A model generated the notes under the pieces. That model was not told the origin of the DNA. It ran no database searches and was given only the letters and a program-made list of their open reading frames with translations. This document shows, one piece after another, positions 18,615-28,754 of a stretch of 61,019 nucleotides of DNA. The translations under genes and the position numbers were made by a program. Position 1 is the stretch's first letter, and every line of letters begins with the position of its first letter. Origin of the DNA: a virus (Duplodnaviria; Caudoviricetes). The DNA is taken from IMG/VR virus record IMGVR_UViG_3300031576_000044, positions 1 through 61,019 of that record. One strand, written 5' to 3'.

Positions 18615-19249
18615 GGGAGTTCCGCCGCGCCCTCGTCGCCCGGATCGTCGGCGACACCCGCGTCTCCACGGTCGGCGCCGGCTCCACCACCACCGTCGTC
18701 CAGCTCGGCGCGGGCCAGGCCGCCTCCTGGGCCGTCGCGGACATCGCCTACCTGGGCACCGACGTCCGGTCCATCACCGTCGTGGACACGGTGCTCGACA
18801 AGGTCACCGTCGAGCCGGCCCTCAGCGCGGCGCCGGCGTCTGGCACGCAGCTCAAGGGCGGCTCCCGCGAGTGGCTCCGCTACGAGAGTGCCGCCAAGCC
18901 CGGTATCTACGAGTGGGGCTGGGAGCCCTCCCCGGTCGACTCCCTGCGCACCGCCGCCGGCGAGGGCCGGGTGGTGGTCATGTTCGGCCACGCGCCGGCC
19001 AGCCGTGAGATGTTCCGGCGCCAGCGCGACGAGCTCGAGCTGCAGCTCTTCGGCCGCAACGTCGAGTTCCTCGAGGGAGCGGTCCAGGCGCTCGAGCGCC
19101 TGCTCCACGGGCAGCGTACGGGCCTCGTCGTTACGGCCCACGACGTGTGGGACCTCTCGGTCGAGAGCACGCCCGCGTTCCGAATCGACGAGAAGCTGCG
19201 CTCGGCGATCGTCCTGGTGCGCGGCGCGATCGCGCGGAAGGTAGCCTGA
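18611..19249 (+). CDS. Tail terminator-like protein with an inserted beta domain
   Basis: Position; LQLFG...ALERLLHG; N-terminal TTTVVQL...PALSAAPASG insert. Confidence 0.5.
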   Translation: MREFRRALVARIVGDTRVSTVGAGSTTTVVQLGAGQAASWAVADIAYLGTDVRSITVVDTVLDKVTVEPALSAAPASGTQLKGGSREWLRYESAAKPGIYEWGWEPSPVDSLRTAAGEGRVVVMFGHAPASREMFRRQRDELELQLFGRNVEFLEGAVQALERLLHGQRTGLVVTAHDVWDLSVESTPAFRIDEKLRSAIVLVRGAIARKVA

Positions 19250-19722
19250 TGGCGACCATCCCGACCCGCCTCATCACCGCGATCGAGGCCCTCAAGACCC
19301 AGCTCGAGACCGACATCGCCGGCAGCTCCGTGCACGTCCTGCTGCGCGACGACGACCCGGTCAAGCTCCTCGAGCCGAGCGTCTGGCCCACCACCAGTCG
19401 GACGCTCATCGCCCTCTTGGTCGGCGGCGAGCTGGCCATGGTCGACGAGGATTCCCGCGCGCGCGGGACCCAGCAGCGCTACCACCGCGCCGCCCTCGAG
19501 CTGCGCGGCTACGTCTTCGACCCGGTCCTCACCAATGCCTGGAAGACGTTCCTGAACACGCGCCGGTCGGTGCTGAACGCTATCGAGACCGTCCGGCAGA
19601 CCTACGAGTTCGGTTCCAACGGCTGGTCGGTCGACTGGCAGCCTGCGGCCAAGGGCCTTGCCGAGGTCCCAGCTCCCTACGCCGGCTTCACGGTCCCCTT
19701 CGAAGTGCAGATCCACGAGTAG
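19249..19722 (+). CDS. Tail completion-like protein
   Basis: Translationally coupled ORF before the tail tube gene. Confidence 0.5.
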   Translation: MATIPTRLITAIEALKTQLETDIAGSSVHVLLRDDDPVKLLEPSVWPTTSRTLIALLVGGELAMVDEDSRARGTQQRYHRAALELRGYVFDPVLTNAWKTFLNTRRSVLNAIETVRQTYEFGSNGWSVDWQPAAKGLAEVPAPYAGFTVPFEVQIHE

Positions 19723-19734
19723 GAGGTCACGTCC

Positions 19735-21603
19735 ATGCCCCTCAAGAAGTATTTCGAGCACCAGCGGGACAACTTCTCGCTCGGGTCGCAGCTCTCCATC
19801 TACGTCGTGCAGGAGACGAGCAAGAACACGCTCGAGGAGCCGGCCGCCGCGGACCTGATCCTCGCCGCCGCCGACGTGCAGCCGAACCAGCAGGCCGAGC
19901 GCGTCACCTCGGACGCGAGGACCTCCGGCACCCGCTCGCCGGCGAAGACGTTCCTCGGGCGCCTGAACCACGGCGAGACGCCCCTCGAGTTCGAGCTCCG
20001 GCCGCCGGGCCAGATGACGGGCACCGACGTCCCCGTAGGGGCCAAGGTCCTCAAGGCGCTCACCGGCAAGCAGGTGATCGCGAACGGGCAGGCCAAGGTC
20101 AACATCAACGCGGTCAACGCGCACTCGCGCGCCTACACCGAGATCGACATCACGGATGCGATCGCCGACTGGGCGGTCGGGATGGGCGCCCGCTTCGTCT
20201 CGCTCAACAGCGGCAAGTCCAACCAGGCCGACGGACAGCTCTGCCTGGTGACGGTGGCCACGGACATCGGCGGCGGCAGCGTGCGGCTCCGGCTCGAGCC
20301 GGGCCTGGTCGCTCGGCCCATCGTCACGGGCACCAAGGACCAGATCCAGGGCGTCAACTGCTGGTACCCGGACGACACGGTCGACTGGAATACGACGTGG
20401 ACCATGTACGTCCTCGACGGCTTCGACGCGGCCTTCCTCGTCGGCTCGTCCATCGGCAAGAAGCAGCTGACCATCGATGCCAAGTCGCTGCTGAAGCTGC
20501 AGGGCACCGTCGGCTTCCGGGAGGCGGTCCGGTGCTCGGAGGACCAGATCGCCGGGAACGGCTCCACGGACACCCTGGCCACCACCGACACCACGCTCAA
20601 GGTCGGCGACGCCCGCAAGTTCGACGTCGGCGCTCGGATCAACCTCCTGCAGTACACCGTTTCCTCGGGCGCCCTGGTGGGCACCGAGACCAAGGCGATC
20701 GTCACAGCCCGCAACGTGGTTGCCAACACCATCACGGTCACCCGGGGGGCAAGCCCTCGCACCGCGACCGATCTCACCATCGCCACATCGACCCAGGAGG
20801 TCGTCGAGACCTACAACACCACCACCACGAACAAGCTCAAGCTGGCGATCGACAACCGGCCCGCGATCGTCGTCAGCCTGACCGCCGGCGCCACGACCAC
20901 GGCGGCCACCATCGTTACCGACATCAACAACGCGCTGCGGGACAGCGAGCACTACGGCCAGGCGCCGGACGTGCCCTATGGCGGTTTCGACTGGAGCGCC
21001 GTCGCTTCGGTCGTCGCCACCAAGGTGCGGCTGACCTCGAAGGCGTTCGGCTCGCAGTCGCGCATCCAGGTCCTCGACGAGGGCACCTCGGCCTCGGCGC
21101 ACGCCGTCATCTTCACCGGCACCTTCGACATCAAGGCGGTCGACGAGATCCAGATTGCGCCCTGGTCGCCCGGAGGCTCCGTCTCGCTCGATCCCATCCA
21201 CGGCAAGGACGGCTGGTCCTCGCTCGACGGCAACATCCTCAAGGAGGTCTCGACCGCCGTCAACTTCTCGAACGAGGAGGAGTGGCTCGAGGACGTGCGC
21301 AACCGCACCGACCTCCCGGAGGGTTTCATCCCCGGGCTGCGCCGCGCGCTCGACACGACGGTGCAGCTGCCCGCCTACGGATGGACAGGCCGGCTCCAGT
21401 ACATGGCCCGGCAGGACGAGGTCGGCTTCTTCCACACCCAGGTCGGGAAGGCGGAGGGCAAGAGCTTCGCCATCATCGAGCCGCGCGTGAAGGCGAACCT
21501 GCCGACCGTCGAGGGGGAGAACCGGCGTACGAAGAGCGTCGGATTCGCGCCGGAGGAGGACACGGCGAAGGGCCTCAAGGAGATCTACATCATCCAGGGA
21601 TAG
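19735..21603 (+). CDS. Major tail (tube) protein with decorative insertion domains
   Basis: Precedes chaperones and TMP; 622 aa, Thr-rich beta inserts. Confidence 0.65.
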   Translation: MPLKKYFEHQRDNFSLGSQLSIYVVQETSKNTLEEPAAADLILAAADVQPNQQAERVTSDARTSGTRSPAKTFLGRLNHGETPLEFELRPPGQMTGTDVPVGAKVLKALTGKQVIANGQAKVNINAVNAHSRAYTEIDITDAIADWAVGMGARFVSLNSGKSNQADGQLCLVTVATDIGGGSVRLRLEPGLVARPIVTGTKDQIQGVNCWYPDDTVDWNTTWTMYVLDGFDAAFLVGSSIGKKQLTIDAKSLLKLQGTVGFREAVRCSEDQIAGNGSTDTLATTDTTLKVGDARKFDVGARINLLQYTVSSGALVGTETKAIVTARNVVANTITVTRGASPRTATDLTIATSTQEVVETYNTTTTNKLKLAIDNRPAIVVSLTAGATTTAATIVTDINNALRDSEHYGQAPDVPYGGFDWSAVASVVATKVRLTSKAFGSQSRIQVLDEGTSASAHAVIFTGTFDIKAVDEIQIAPWSPGGSVSLDPIHGKDGWSSLDGNILKEVSTAVNFSNEEEWLEDVRNRTDLPEGFIPGLRRALDTTVQLPAYGWTGRLQYMARQDEVGFFHTQVGKAEGKSFAIIEPRVKANLPTVEGENRRTKSVGFAPEEDTAKGLKEIYIIQG

Positions 21604-21715
21604 ATAACTCTCGGGGCCGGCGGCCCGCTCACCCACCACAGCGTGGTACGGGGCTCGACCTCCTGACGAGCGGGGCGCGCTCGCCGGCTCCACTTCACGC
21701 CAGGAGGTGGAGGCG

Positions 21716-22174
21716 ATGGTCTTCAATCTGGCGCCCCGGTGGGCGCCGTTCGAGAAGGACAACGAGCGTCTCTCGGGCTTCGAGATCCAGTGGAAGCCGA
21801 CCACGCGCGCGCAGTTGAACCAGGCGGCGCGCATGACGGACGCCTCCGACGCCGGCGACGCCCTGCTACGGGACACGGTCACGAGCTGGCGAGGCCTGAC
21901 GCCAGAGGTCATCCGCGCGCTGGTGGACGACGATGAGCTCGTGGGCGACGCCCAGGTCGAGGCGATGCGGGCCGAGCTGTCGACGAAAGGCCTGACCGAG
22001 TACCCGTACACCAAGGAGCGCCTGGTCGAGCTGCTCGACACCGCCCCCCGTTTCCTACGCCGACTCAACGACTTCGTGAACCGGGCCAACCCCTACATCC
22101 GTTCGGGGGCCGAGCTGCGAAAAAACGCCTCGGCCTCTGGATCCAGCACTGGCGCATCCGCGGCGGGGAGCTAG
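21716..22174 (+). CDS. Tail assembly chaperone (gpG-like)
   Basis: VTSWRGL motif; ends after slippery ...LRKN. Confidence 0.8.
   Translation: MVFNLAPRWAPFEKDNERLSGFEIQWKPTTRAQLNQAARMTDASDAGDALLRDTVTSWRGLTPEVIRALVDDDELVGDAQVEAMRAELSTKGLTEYPYTKERLVELLDTAPRFLRRLNDFVNRANPYIRSGAELRKNASASGSSTGASAAGS
22120..22126 (+). other. Programmed -1 ribosomal frameshift site giving a gpGT-like product ending at 22593
   Basis: A AAA AAC in X XXY YYZ phase; -1 frame is open from 22120 to the stop at 22593, just before TMP. Confidence 0.85.
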
Positions 22175-22596
22175 ATCCGGAGGCCTTCGGCCAGTACTGG
22201 GACCAATGCCAGCCACATCCGCCATGCACGAGAGAGGAGCCGAGGCTCGACGCCATCGCCAGACGCGCGGTCGAGATCTACGAGCGCAGGCACTTCACCG
22301 ACCTGGTGCGAGTCGAGGTGTGGCCGGAGCAGCGGACCATCAAGCGGGACGCCGGATGGGTGAGCGAGCCAGTCACATGCCGGCGCTGGTACCTGGACAC
22401 GGCGGCCGCTCGCGAGCTGCTCGCCATCTTATTGGTACCGGCGGTCGCGCAGCCGGAGACGCTCGATTACCTCGAGGTGCTCCTGGCCGCGGACCACTAC
22501 GACGCGATCCACGACCTGCCGGAGGACCTGGTCAAGCTCGCCGACCCGGACGAGCCCTTCCGCGAGCTCGCCGCGCTCGGGATCGAGGGGTGACCC

Positions 22597-25500
22597 GTGC
22601 CCGCTGAGCTGAGGCACGTCTGGCGCATCGAGGTCGACCCCGCAATCCGGGACCAGGGCCGGTTCAACCGGGCCGTCTCTGGTGGGTACGACGCGATCGG
22701 GCGTGTCGAGGGCAAGGCCCGCTCCGCGTTCGCCTCGATCGGGAACGTGGCCAAGGCAGCTGCAGGGCTCGCCGGCATCGGATCGATCGGGCTCGCCCTC
22801 GCCAAGGCTGCCAGGGACGCAACCGCCTTCGACGCCCAGTTCACGAACGTCGTCACGCTCTTCGGAGACGCCAAGTCCGCGGCCGCGCAGTTCGGCGAGC
22901 CGCTCGAGAGCGTCCGCGACCGGTTGAAGGACATGTCGGGGGCGCTTGGCTCCGCCACGGACCTCACGCGCTCCCTCTACCAGACGATCTCCTCCGGCAT
23001 CCCGGCGGCCAAGGCCTTCGATGTGGTCACCGCCGGCGCCGAGCTCGCCGCGGCCGGCATGGCGGATGCCGAGCTGTCCACGAGTCTGCTCACCACGGTG
23101 CTCAACGCCTTCCCGGGCGTCGCCGGCGGCGCCGCGGGTGCGGCGGACCTGCTCTTCAACACCGTGAAGCTCGGCAAGGTCGAGGTTGCGGACCTGGCCC
23201 AGGGCTTCGGGAACATCCTGCCGGCGGCGCAGCTCGTCGGCGTGCGCCTCGAGGAAGCGGCCGCCGGCGTCGCGGCGCTGTCGCTGACCCAGCCGGCCGC
23301 GATCGCCATGACGAACCTGCAGAACGCGTTCACCTCCATCGCTAAGGAGGCGGACGACTTCAAGAAGGCCGGGATCGACATCATCCAGATCCTCAGGGAG
23401 GACGGTCTCGCCGGGGCTCTCAAGGTCCTGCGCGAGCGGTTCGGTGATGACCCGCTGAGCCTGCGCAACATCATCAAGGACCAGCAGGCGATCGCGGGCA
23501 TCGTCCCGCTCATCACCACCCAGTACAGGGCCTTCACGGACGCGCTGGAAAGCAACAAGAGCGCCGCCGGCGCTGCACACCAGGCCTACCTGCTCCAGGC
23601 CCAGAGCCTCTCCGGGCTCTGGAAGGAGCTGAAGGAGCGGGTCAACGTCGCTTTCGTCGATTTCGGCGAGGTCCTCCTGCGAGAGGTCGCTCCAGGAATC
23701 CAGAGCCTCACCGAGAGCCTGCGGACCGGCATCGAGTCCGGCCAGGTACGCGACTTCGCCCAGGCGCTCGTCGACGCCGCGCGCGCCGCGGGCGAGTCCT
23801 TCGGGCAGATCAGCGCCGTGGTGGACGACTTCACCCAGACCATCCGGATGGTTGGGGACGACGCCTCGATCACTTTCGGCGAGGTGGTCGTCGGCGCCAT
23901 CCAGTCGGCGGGCGCCACGTTCAACTGGCTCTCGGTGCGGGCCCAGCAGGCGTTCAACCTCATACTCGCGGCCGCGACCGCGACCGGCAGCGCCATATAC
24001 CAGGCCATCACCTTCTGGTTCCAGAAGGCCGTCGACGTCGTGGCCACGTTGACGGGCGGATTGCTCGAGCGGACCGGCCGCGTGTTCGACCAGTTCGGCG
24101 AGCGCTTCGGCGTCGATCTGCTCACGGATCTGGGAGCCGGCCTCCAGCAGGCAGCTCAGCAGGCCGAGCAGAGCATTCGCGGCGTCGCTGAGGCGATCCG
24201 CGGCCCCGGGCAGGACCTCGCCGACATCGCGGAAGCGGCTAACGAGAAGATCGTGCTCCTCGAGGGGCGGCTCGTCAACCTGGCGGACGCCGCGGGCCCC
24301 GCCGGCATCGCGATCAAGGCAGCCGCGGTACAAATCGAGGTGAGCGCCAGTGCGGCCGGTGAGACCGGTGAGCGTCTGAAGGTTCTCGGCGACGAGCTGA
24401 AGCGCCTGAGGGAGCAGGGCAAGGCCGGGACGCCCCAGTACAAGGCGGTCGCCGACGCGATCGAGGAGATCGGCCGTGAGAGCCGGCGTTCCGCGCCTGG
24501 CGTCGGCGCCCTCGGCAAGGAGATCGCCCAGATCCGCGACGAGCTGCTCAAGGCCGCCGGGTTCATCTCCACCGCCGACCTCAACACCAAGCTCGCAGGA
24601 TTCTCCAGCGCTTTTGCGACCCTAAAGGCACAGGGTGGCGCCACCGGGCCCGTCATCCTCAAGCTCTCGAACAACCTCGTCGAGTTCATCAAGGACGCGA
24701 AGGCCGGAGGCATTGCGGTGGACCGCTTCCTCACGCCGTCGCTCCGCCGGCTTCTCGCTGTGGGCAGGGAGCTGACCGAGCAAGAACAGATCGGATCGTG
24801 GCTCGACCAGAAAGCGGGTGAGGCTCAGGCTCGGGTGGATTTGCAAAACGAGCAGATGCACGCCATCGGGAAGGAGATGGACGAGGCGGATGAGCGCGAC
24901 CGCGAGCGCGCCAGGCGCGCGCGCAACGAGCGAATCCAGCTCTTCGAGGATGAGATGCACCGTCGAGCGCAGCTCCTCGACGCGGGGATCGACTACGCCG
25001 GCTCAAGAATCCGCGAACTGGGCGATGCCATCACATCGGGCCAAGGGATCGGGTCCGCGATCGGCGGTGCGTTCGAGGGTCTGTTGGGCGGCGCGCAGGC
25101 AGCGCAGGCGGCGCGTGGACCGGGAGCGTCATTCCTTGACGGGCTGAAGGACGTCGCCAAGAGCGAGGAGTTCCAGAAGGCCGGCCTGGAAATGCTCGCG
25201 CAGGTCGGCGCCGGTCTGCAGGCCGCGCAAGGCGCGCTGAAACAGACCCTCGGCGGCGTGATGGTCGGCGCCTCCACATTCATCCAAAACTACAAGGAGA
25301 CCGGAGATTGGAAGCAGGCCGGCTTTGCCGCCATCGGTGCGGTCGGAGAGGGCATCGCCAAGGGGGCGTACGGCGTCAAGGCGGCGATCGGCGGGGCGAT
25401 GTCGGGAGCTGCCAAGGGCTTCGTGGTCGCCGGCCCGGTGGGTGCCGTCGCGGGAGCGATCATCGGCGGAATCGCCGGGGCATTCAACAAAAAGCCTGCC

Positions 25501-27153
25501 TGGCTGAAGGTGAGCGAGGAAGTCCAGAGGAACCTCGGGGTCTCGCTCTCCGAAGGGGCCGCAAAGGCCATCATCGAGCTGAAGCAGGTGGTCGGGCCGC
25601 AGACGCGCGCGGTCCGCGAGACCCTCGGGCTCGACATCATCCTCCAAGAGGCGACGGTCGGCGCCGACAACATCGACAAGTTCTCCAACGAGTTCCTGAA
25701 GCTCGGACGGATGGCCCAGCAGGGCGGCCGCCTCGGCGAGGAGGCCCTCAAGCACTTCGGGGCCAGCTTCGGTCTCCTGGTGGGCAAGATGCGAGAGGCC
25801 GGGCTCTCCGGGTCCAAGGCCTTCGGGGACATCGTGGCGGCCGCCAAGGTGAACGGAGCGCGGCTCCCGGAGGTGACCGAGTTCCTGAAGGGCGCGGTCA
25901 CCGAGGCCGCGGCCGGGCTCAACATCCTGTTTCAGAACGCCGGACGCGGTGGCGCCGAGGCCTTCGAGCGGCTGGGCACCATCAGCGCCGACGTGTTCGC
26001 CGCCATGAAGACCCTCCCGGGCGGGGCGCGCGAGGCGATCGAAGCCCTCGGCCCTGGGCTCGACCGCATCGTCGCCAAGTCGAAGGAGCTCGGGCTCGCC
26101 CTCCCGGAGGGGATCGCGGGCATCCTCGGTGAGCGGGCCTTCCTGGAGAAGAACGCCGACCTGTTCGCCACCGTCGAGGGCCTGACCCGCGTCACCAAGG
26201 GCCTGGGCGAGGCCGGCTTCTTCACCGCCCAGGGCTTCCAGGCCGTCAACAAGTCGGCCGTCGACACGTTCAACCAGCTGGTGAGCGCCGGCCGCAGCCA
26301 GGAGATGGCGCTCACCGATCTGCAGCCGGTCCTGCAGGAGATCGTCAATGAGCATGTGCGCAACGGCAAGGCCATCGACGCCGGCACCCAGAGCCTGATC
26401 CAGCAGGCGAGCGAGATGGGGATCATCTCGCTCAAGGGCACCGACCTGGCCTCGACCTTCGAGCGGGTCGGGGACCGGATCATCGGTGCCATCGGGGCCG
26501 CACTCGGTAAGAGCGGCGCCGTGTCGAAGTTCATGAGCGAGTCCGCCAACGAGGCCGCCATGGCGGGCCAGAAGATCGGCTCCTCGTTTTCCACGGCTGC
26601 TGGCGTCGCGACCCAGTCGTTCCGGGCCGCCAAAAACCTCATCAGCGACGCCGCGGCCGCAGCCGAGGGGTCGGTCGTGCGCATCCAGGGCGCCTTCGAG
26701 CGCGCGCGCTTCTGGGGAGAGGACATCCGCCAGCGCCTGGCCGAGCGTGAGGCTGCAGGCGTCGCCGCCGCGGCCGCCCCGGCTCTGCCGCCAGCGGGGA
26801 CCCCCGTGCCGGCCCCGGGGGTCGGCGCCGGTCACTGGGAGACGCTCCCCGCCGGCAGCCGCAACGAGCGCGGCGGTGTCCGCCGCCAGCCTGAGCGCCG
26901 GTGGGTCCCCGGGTTCGCAACCGGCATCGACTTCGTGCCCTACGACATGCACGCCGTCATCCACAAGGGCGAGCGCGTCGTGCCGGCCAAGCAGAACCGC
27001 GCCGGGAGCTTCGGCGGCGAGCCCATGCAGCTGATCGTCCAGATCGTGGCAGAGACCGGCGAGGTCCTCCGGGAGATCGTCGTCGACACCGTCAACCGCG
27101 AGAGCCGGCGGCGCCGCATCACCATCCCCAAGCTCGCGGTGGTGGCGAGGTAG
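22597..27153 (+). CDS. Tape measure protein
   Basis: 1518 aa Ala/Gly-rich helical; TP901-like core (LYQTISSG, TVKLGK); C-terminal FATG..VP..AVIHKGERVVP. Confidence 0.93.
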   Translation: MPAELRHVWRIEVDPAIRDQGRFNRAVSGGYDAIGRVEGKARSAFASIGNVAKAAAGLAGIGSIGLALAKAARDATAFDAQFTNVVTLFGDAKSAAAQFGEPLESVRDRLKDMSGALGSATDLTRSLYQTISSGIPAAKAFDVVTAGAELAAAGMADAELSTSLLTTVLNAFPGVAGGAAGAADLLFNTVKLGKVEVADLAQGFGNILPAAQLVGVRLEEAAAGVAALSLTQPAAIAMTNLQNAFTSIAKEADDFKKAGIDIIQILREDGLAGALKVLRERFGDDPLSLRNIIKDQQAIAGIVPLITTQYRAFTDALESNKSAAGAAHQAYLLQAQSLSGLWKELKERVNVAFVDFGEVLLREVAPGIQSLTESLRTGIESGQVRDFAQALVDAARAAGESFGQISAVVDDFTQTIRMVGDDASITFGEVVVGAIQSAGATFNWLSVRAQQAFNLILAAATATGSAIYQAITFWFQKAVDVVATLTGGLLERTGRVFDQFGERFGVDLLTDLGAGLQQAAQQAEQSIRGVAEAIRGPGQDLADIAEAANEKIVLLEGRLVNLADAAGPAGIAIKAAAVQIEVSASAAGETGERLKVLGDELKRLREQGKAGTPQYKAVADAIEEIGRESRRSAPGVGALGKEIAQIRDELLKAAGFISTADLNTKLAGFSSAFATLKAQGGATGPVILKLSNNLVEFIKDAKAGGIAVDRFLTPSLRRLLAVGRELTEQEQIGSWLDQKAGEAQARVDLQNEQMHAIGKEMDEADERDRERARRARNERIQLFEDEMHRRAQLLDAGIDYAGSRIRELGDAITSGQGIGSAIGGAFEGLLGGAQAAQAARGPGASFLDGLKDVAKSEEFQKAGLEMLAQVGAGLQAAQGALKQTLGGVMVGASTFIQNYKETGDWKQAGFAAIGAVGEGIAKGAYGVKAAIGGAMSGAAKGFVVAGPVGAVAGAIIGGIAGAFNKKPAWLKVSEEVQRNLGVSLSEGAAKAIIELKQVVGPQTRAVRETLGLDIILQEATVGADNIDKFSNEFLKLGRMAQQGGRLGEEALKHFGASFGLLVGKMREAGLSGSKAFGDIVAAAKVNGARLPEVTEFLKGAVTEAAAGLNILFQNAGRGGAEAFERLGTISADVFAAMKTLPGGAREAIEALGPGLDRIVAKSKELGLALPEGIAGILGERAFLEKNADLFATVEGLTRVTKGLGEAGFFTAQGFQAVNKSAVDTFNQLVSAGRSQEMALTDLQPVLQEIVNEHVRNGKAIDAGTQSLIQQASEMGIISLKGTDLASTFERVGDRIIGAIGAALGKSGAVSKFMSESANEAAMAGQKIGSSFSTAAGVATQSFRAAKNLISDAAAAAEGSVVRIQGAFERARFWGEDIRQRLAEREAAGVAAAAAPALPPAGTPVPAPGVGAGHWETLPAGSRNERGGVRRQPERRWVPGFATGIDFVPYDMHAVIHKGERVVPAKQNRAGSFGGEPMQLIVQIVAETGEVLREIVVDTVNRESRRRRITIPKLAVVAR

Positions 27154-27158
27154 CGGTC

Positions 27159-28754
27159 ATGGGCTTCCTCGACGTCGAGACAGCGGCTGGCGGCTCGAGC
27201 GACTTCTGCTCGATCCCGGCCACGGATGCCATCACCTTCCTCGCGCTCAACCTGCTCAACAACGGGTTCGCCAAGTCGGTCCTGCTCCCCGCGCTGACCA
27301 ACGTCTTCCCCAACCCCACCTCAGAGCTGCCGTGGGCGCCGGCGACGAACATCCGGGAGGGGCCGCGGCACCGCGCCTGGATCACCGAGGGCTGCTTCGC
27401 CTTCGGCGACAGCACTCTGTCGCCCGGTCGCGGCATCGAGATGACCACCGCCACCGGCGGAAACTACAACTTTCGGGTCACCGACAGCGGCGGGACCGCC
27501 AACGTGGATATCCGCAGCACCACCCCCACCACGTTTATCAAGTCGGGCGGTTACGGCGTCGCCGCGCAGCTCCAGAGCAAGCTCAACGCCGACACGACGC
27601 TCGCCGGCACCTACACCGTCACCTTCAGCGGCCGCAAGGACAGCTCGCCGACCTTCAAGTTCACGATCTCGTGCGCCGAGACCTTCTCGCTCGTTGCGCT
27701 TCGAGCGACCGACGTCAACAGTGGCTTTCCCTCGATCGGCTTCACGACGGACCGCTCGGCCGCCTCGAGCTACGTGGGCGACGAGATCGCCATCCACACC
27801 GAGGAGGCCCTGGTCATCGACATGGGGCCCACCGGCTGGCAGATCAACAACGCCACGCTCACCGACAAGTGGAGCTGGATCTACCTGGTGGACTGCAACT
27901 TCAGCGGGCCCGACGAGACCGACAGCTATGGCGGGAACAAGCTCAACCTGTACCTCGGGAGCACGCTGAGCGCCGTCGACAACAAGGCCGATGCGAACTT
28001 CAACCTGCACCGGACCATGTTCCGCCTGGGCCGCACCACCGTGCTCTCGCCCGCGACCCTCGCGAGCCTCGGCAACTGGGAGGGCACCGACACCGGCCTC
28101 TACGTGATGCGCTCAGGGGGCGCGGCCGCGGGCGCTTTCCCCAGCCGCCTCTACGCCGCCAACATCCAGCGCTGGCGGGCCGCGAACAACACGGGGGCCA
28201 ACGCCGAGGCCCCTAACCACCGCTACGTGCGGCTGAAGATCGTCGACCGGAAGAACCCCCAGGGGCAGGTGAAGGTCGGCAAGATCTACATCGGCCCCGG
28301 GTTCAGCTTCCTGCGCAATTGGATCTGGCGCTCGCTCTTCAGCCCCGTCGATCGCTCAGAGCGCTCCCAGGGCGTCGATGGCGGCGAGAACCGGCGCTTC
28401 CGGGAGCCAGGCCGTCTCGCCGAAGGCACCTGGGGCGATCGCAACCCGCTGACCGAGGTCGAGGCGATGCTGCTCGACTCTCTCGTCCTGCGCTCGCGCC
28501 GGGTCGAGCGCGACTCGAGCGGGAACCTGATCGCCACGCCGGGCCTCGACTCCGTCCTTTCGAACCCCAGGGTCATCACCGGGCGTTCGGCGCCCATGGC
28601 GGTCATGGACCCGAACTTCCGCCCCACGCTTGCCGACAGCTCGTTCAAGTACGCGGGCCAGATGCTCTACGGCACCGGCACGTTCAGCGACCTGGCGCCG
28701 CTGATGACCAACGGCTGGCAGGGTCGCTTCCGGCTCGACTCGGAGGTCCTGTAG
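27159..28754 (+). CDS. Distal tail (Dit-like) protein with insertions
   Basis: Directly after TMP; HRYVRLKIVD..NP...VGKIYIG. Confidence 0.6.
   Translation: MGFLDVETAAGGSSDFCSIPATDAITFLALNLLNNGFAKSVLLPALTNVFPNPTSELPWAPATNIREGPRHRAWITEGCFAFGDSTLSPGRGIEMTTATGGNYNFRVTDSGGTANVDIRSTTPTTFIKSGGYGVAAQLQSKLNADTTLAGTYTVTFSGRKDSSPTFKFTISCAETFSLVALRATDVNSGFPSIGFTTDRSAASSYVGDEIAIHTEEALVIDMGPTGWQINNATLTDKWSWIYLVDCNFSGPDETDSYGGNKLNLYLGSTLSAVDNKADANFNLHRTMFRLGRTTVLSPATLASLGNWEGTDTGLYVMRSGGAAAGAFPSRLYAANIQRWRAANNTGANAEAPNHRYVRLKIVDRKNPQGQVKVGKIYIGPGFSFLRNWIWRSLFSPVDRSERSQGVDGGENRRFREPGRLAEGTWGDRNPLTEVEAMLLDSLVLRSRRVERDSSGNLIATPGLDSVLSNPRVITGRSAPMAVMDPNFRPTLADSSFKYAGQMLYGTGTFSDLAPLMTNGWQGRFRLDSEVL

Noticed and set aside
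19735-21603. Contractile tail sheath
   Set aside because: No separate tube gene or baseplate wedge (J-like) genes follow; chaperone and long TMP come directly after
18907-22089. 1060-aa minus-strand ORF and similar long antisense ORFs (5480-7213, 7466-9361, 22429-24333, 25129-26964, 47642-49660)
   Set aside because: Shadow frames of well-supported genes in high-GC DNA; no recognisable motifs
22120-22126. Tail chaperone frameshift as a novelty
   Set aside because: Well supported but a well-known conserved feature of long-tailed phages
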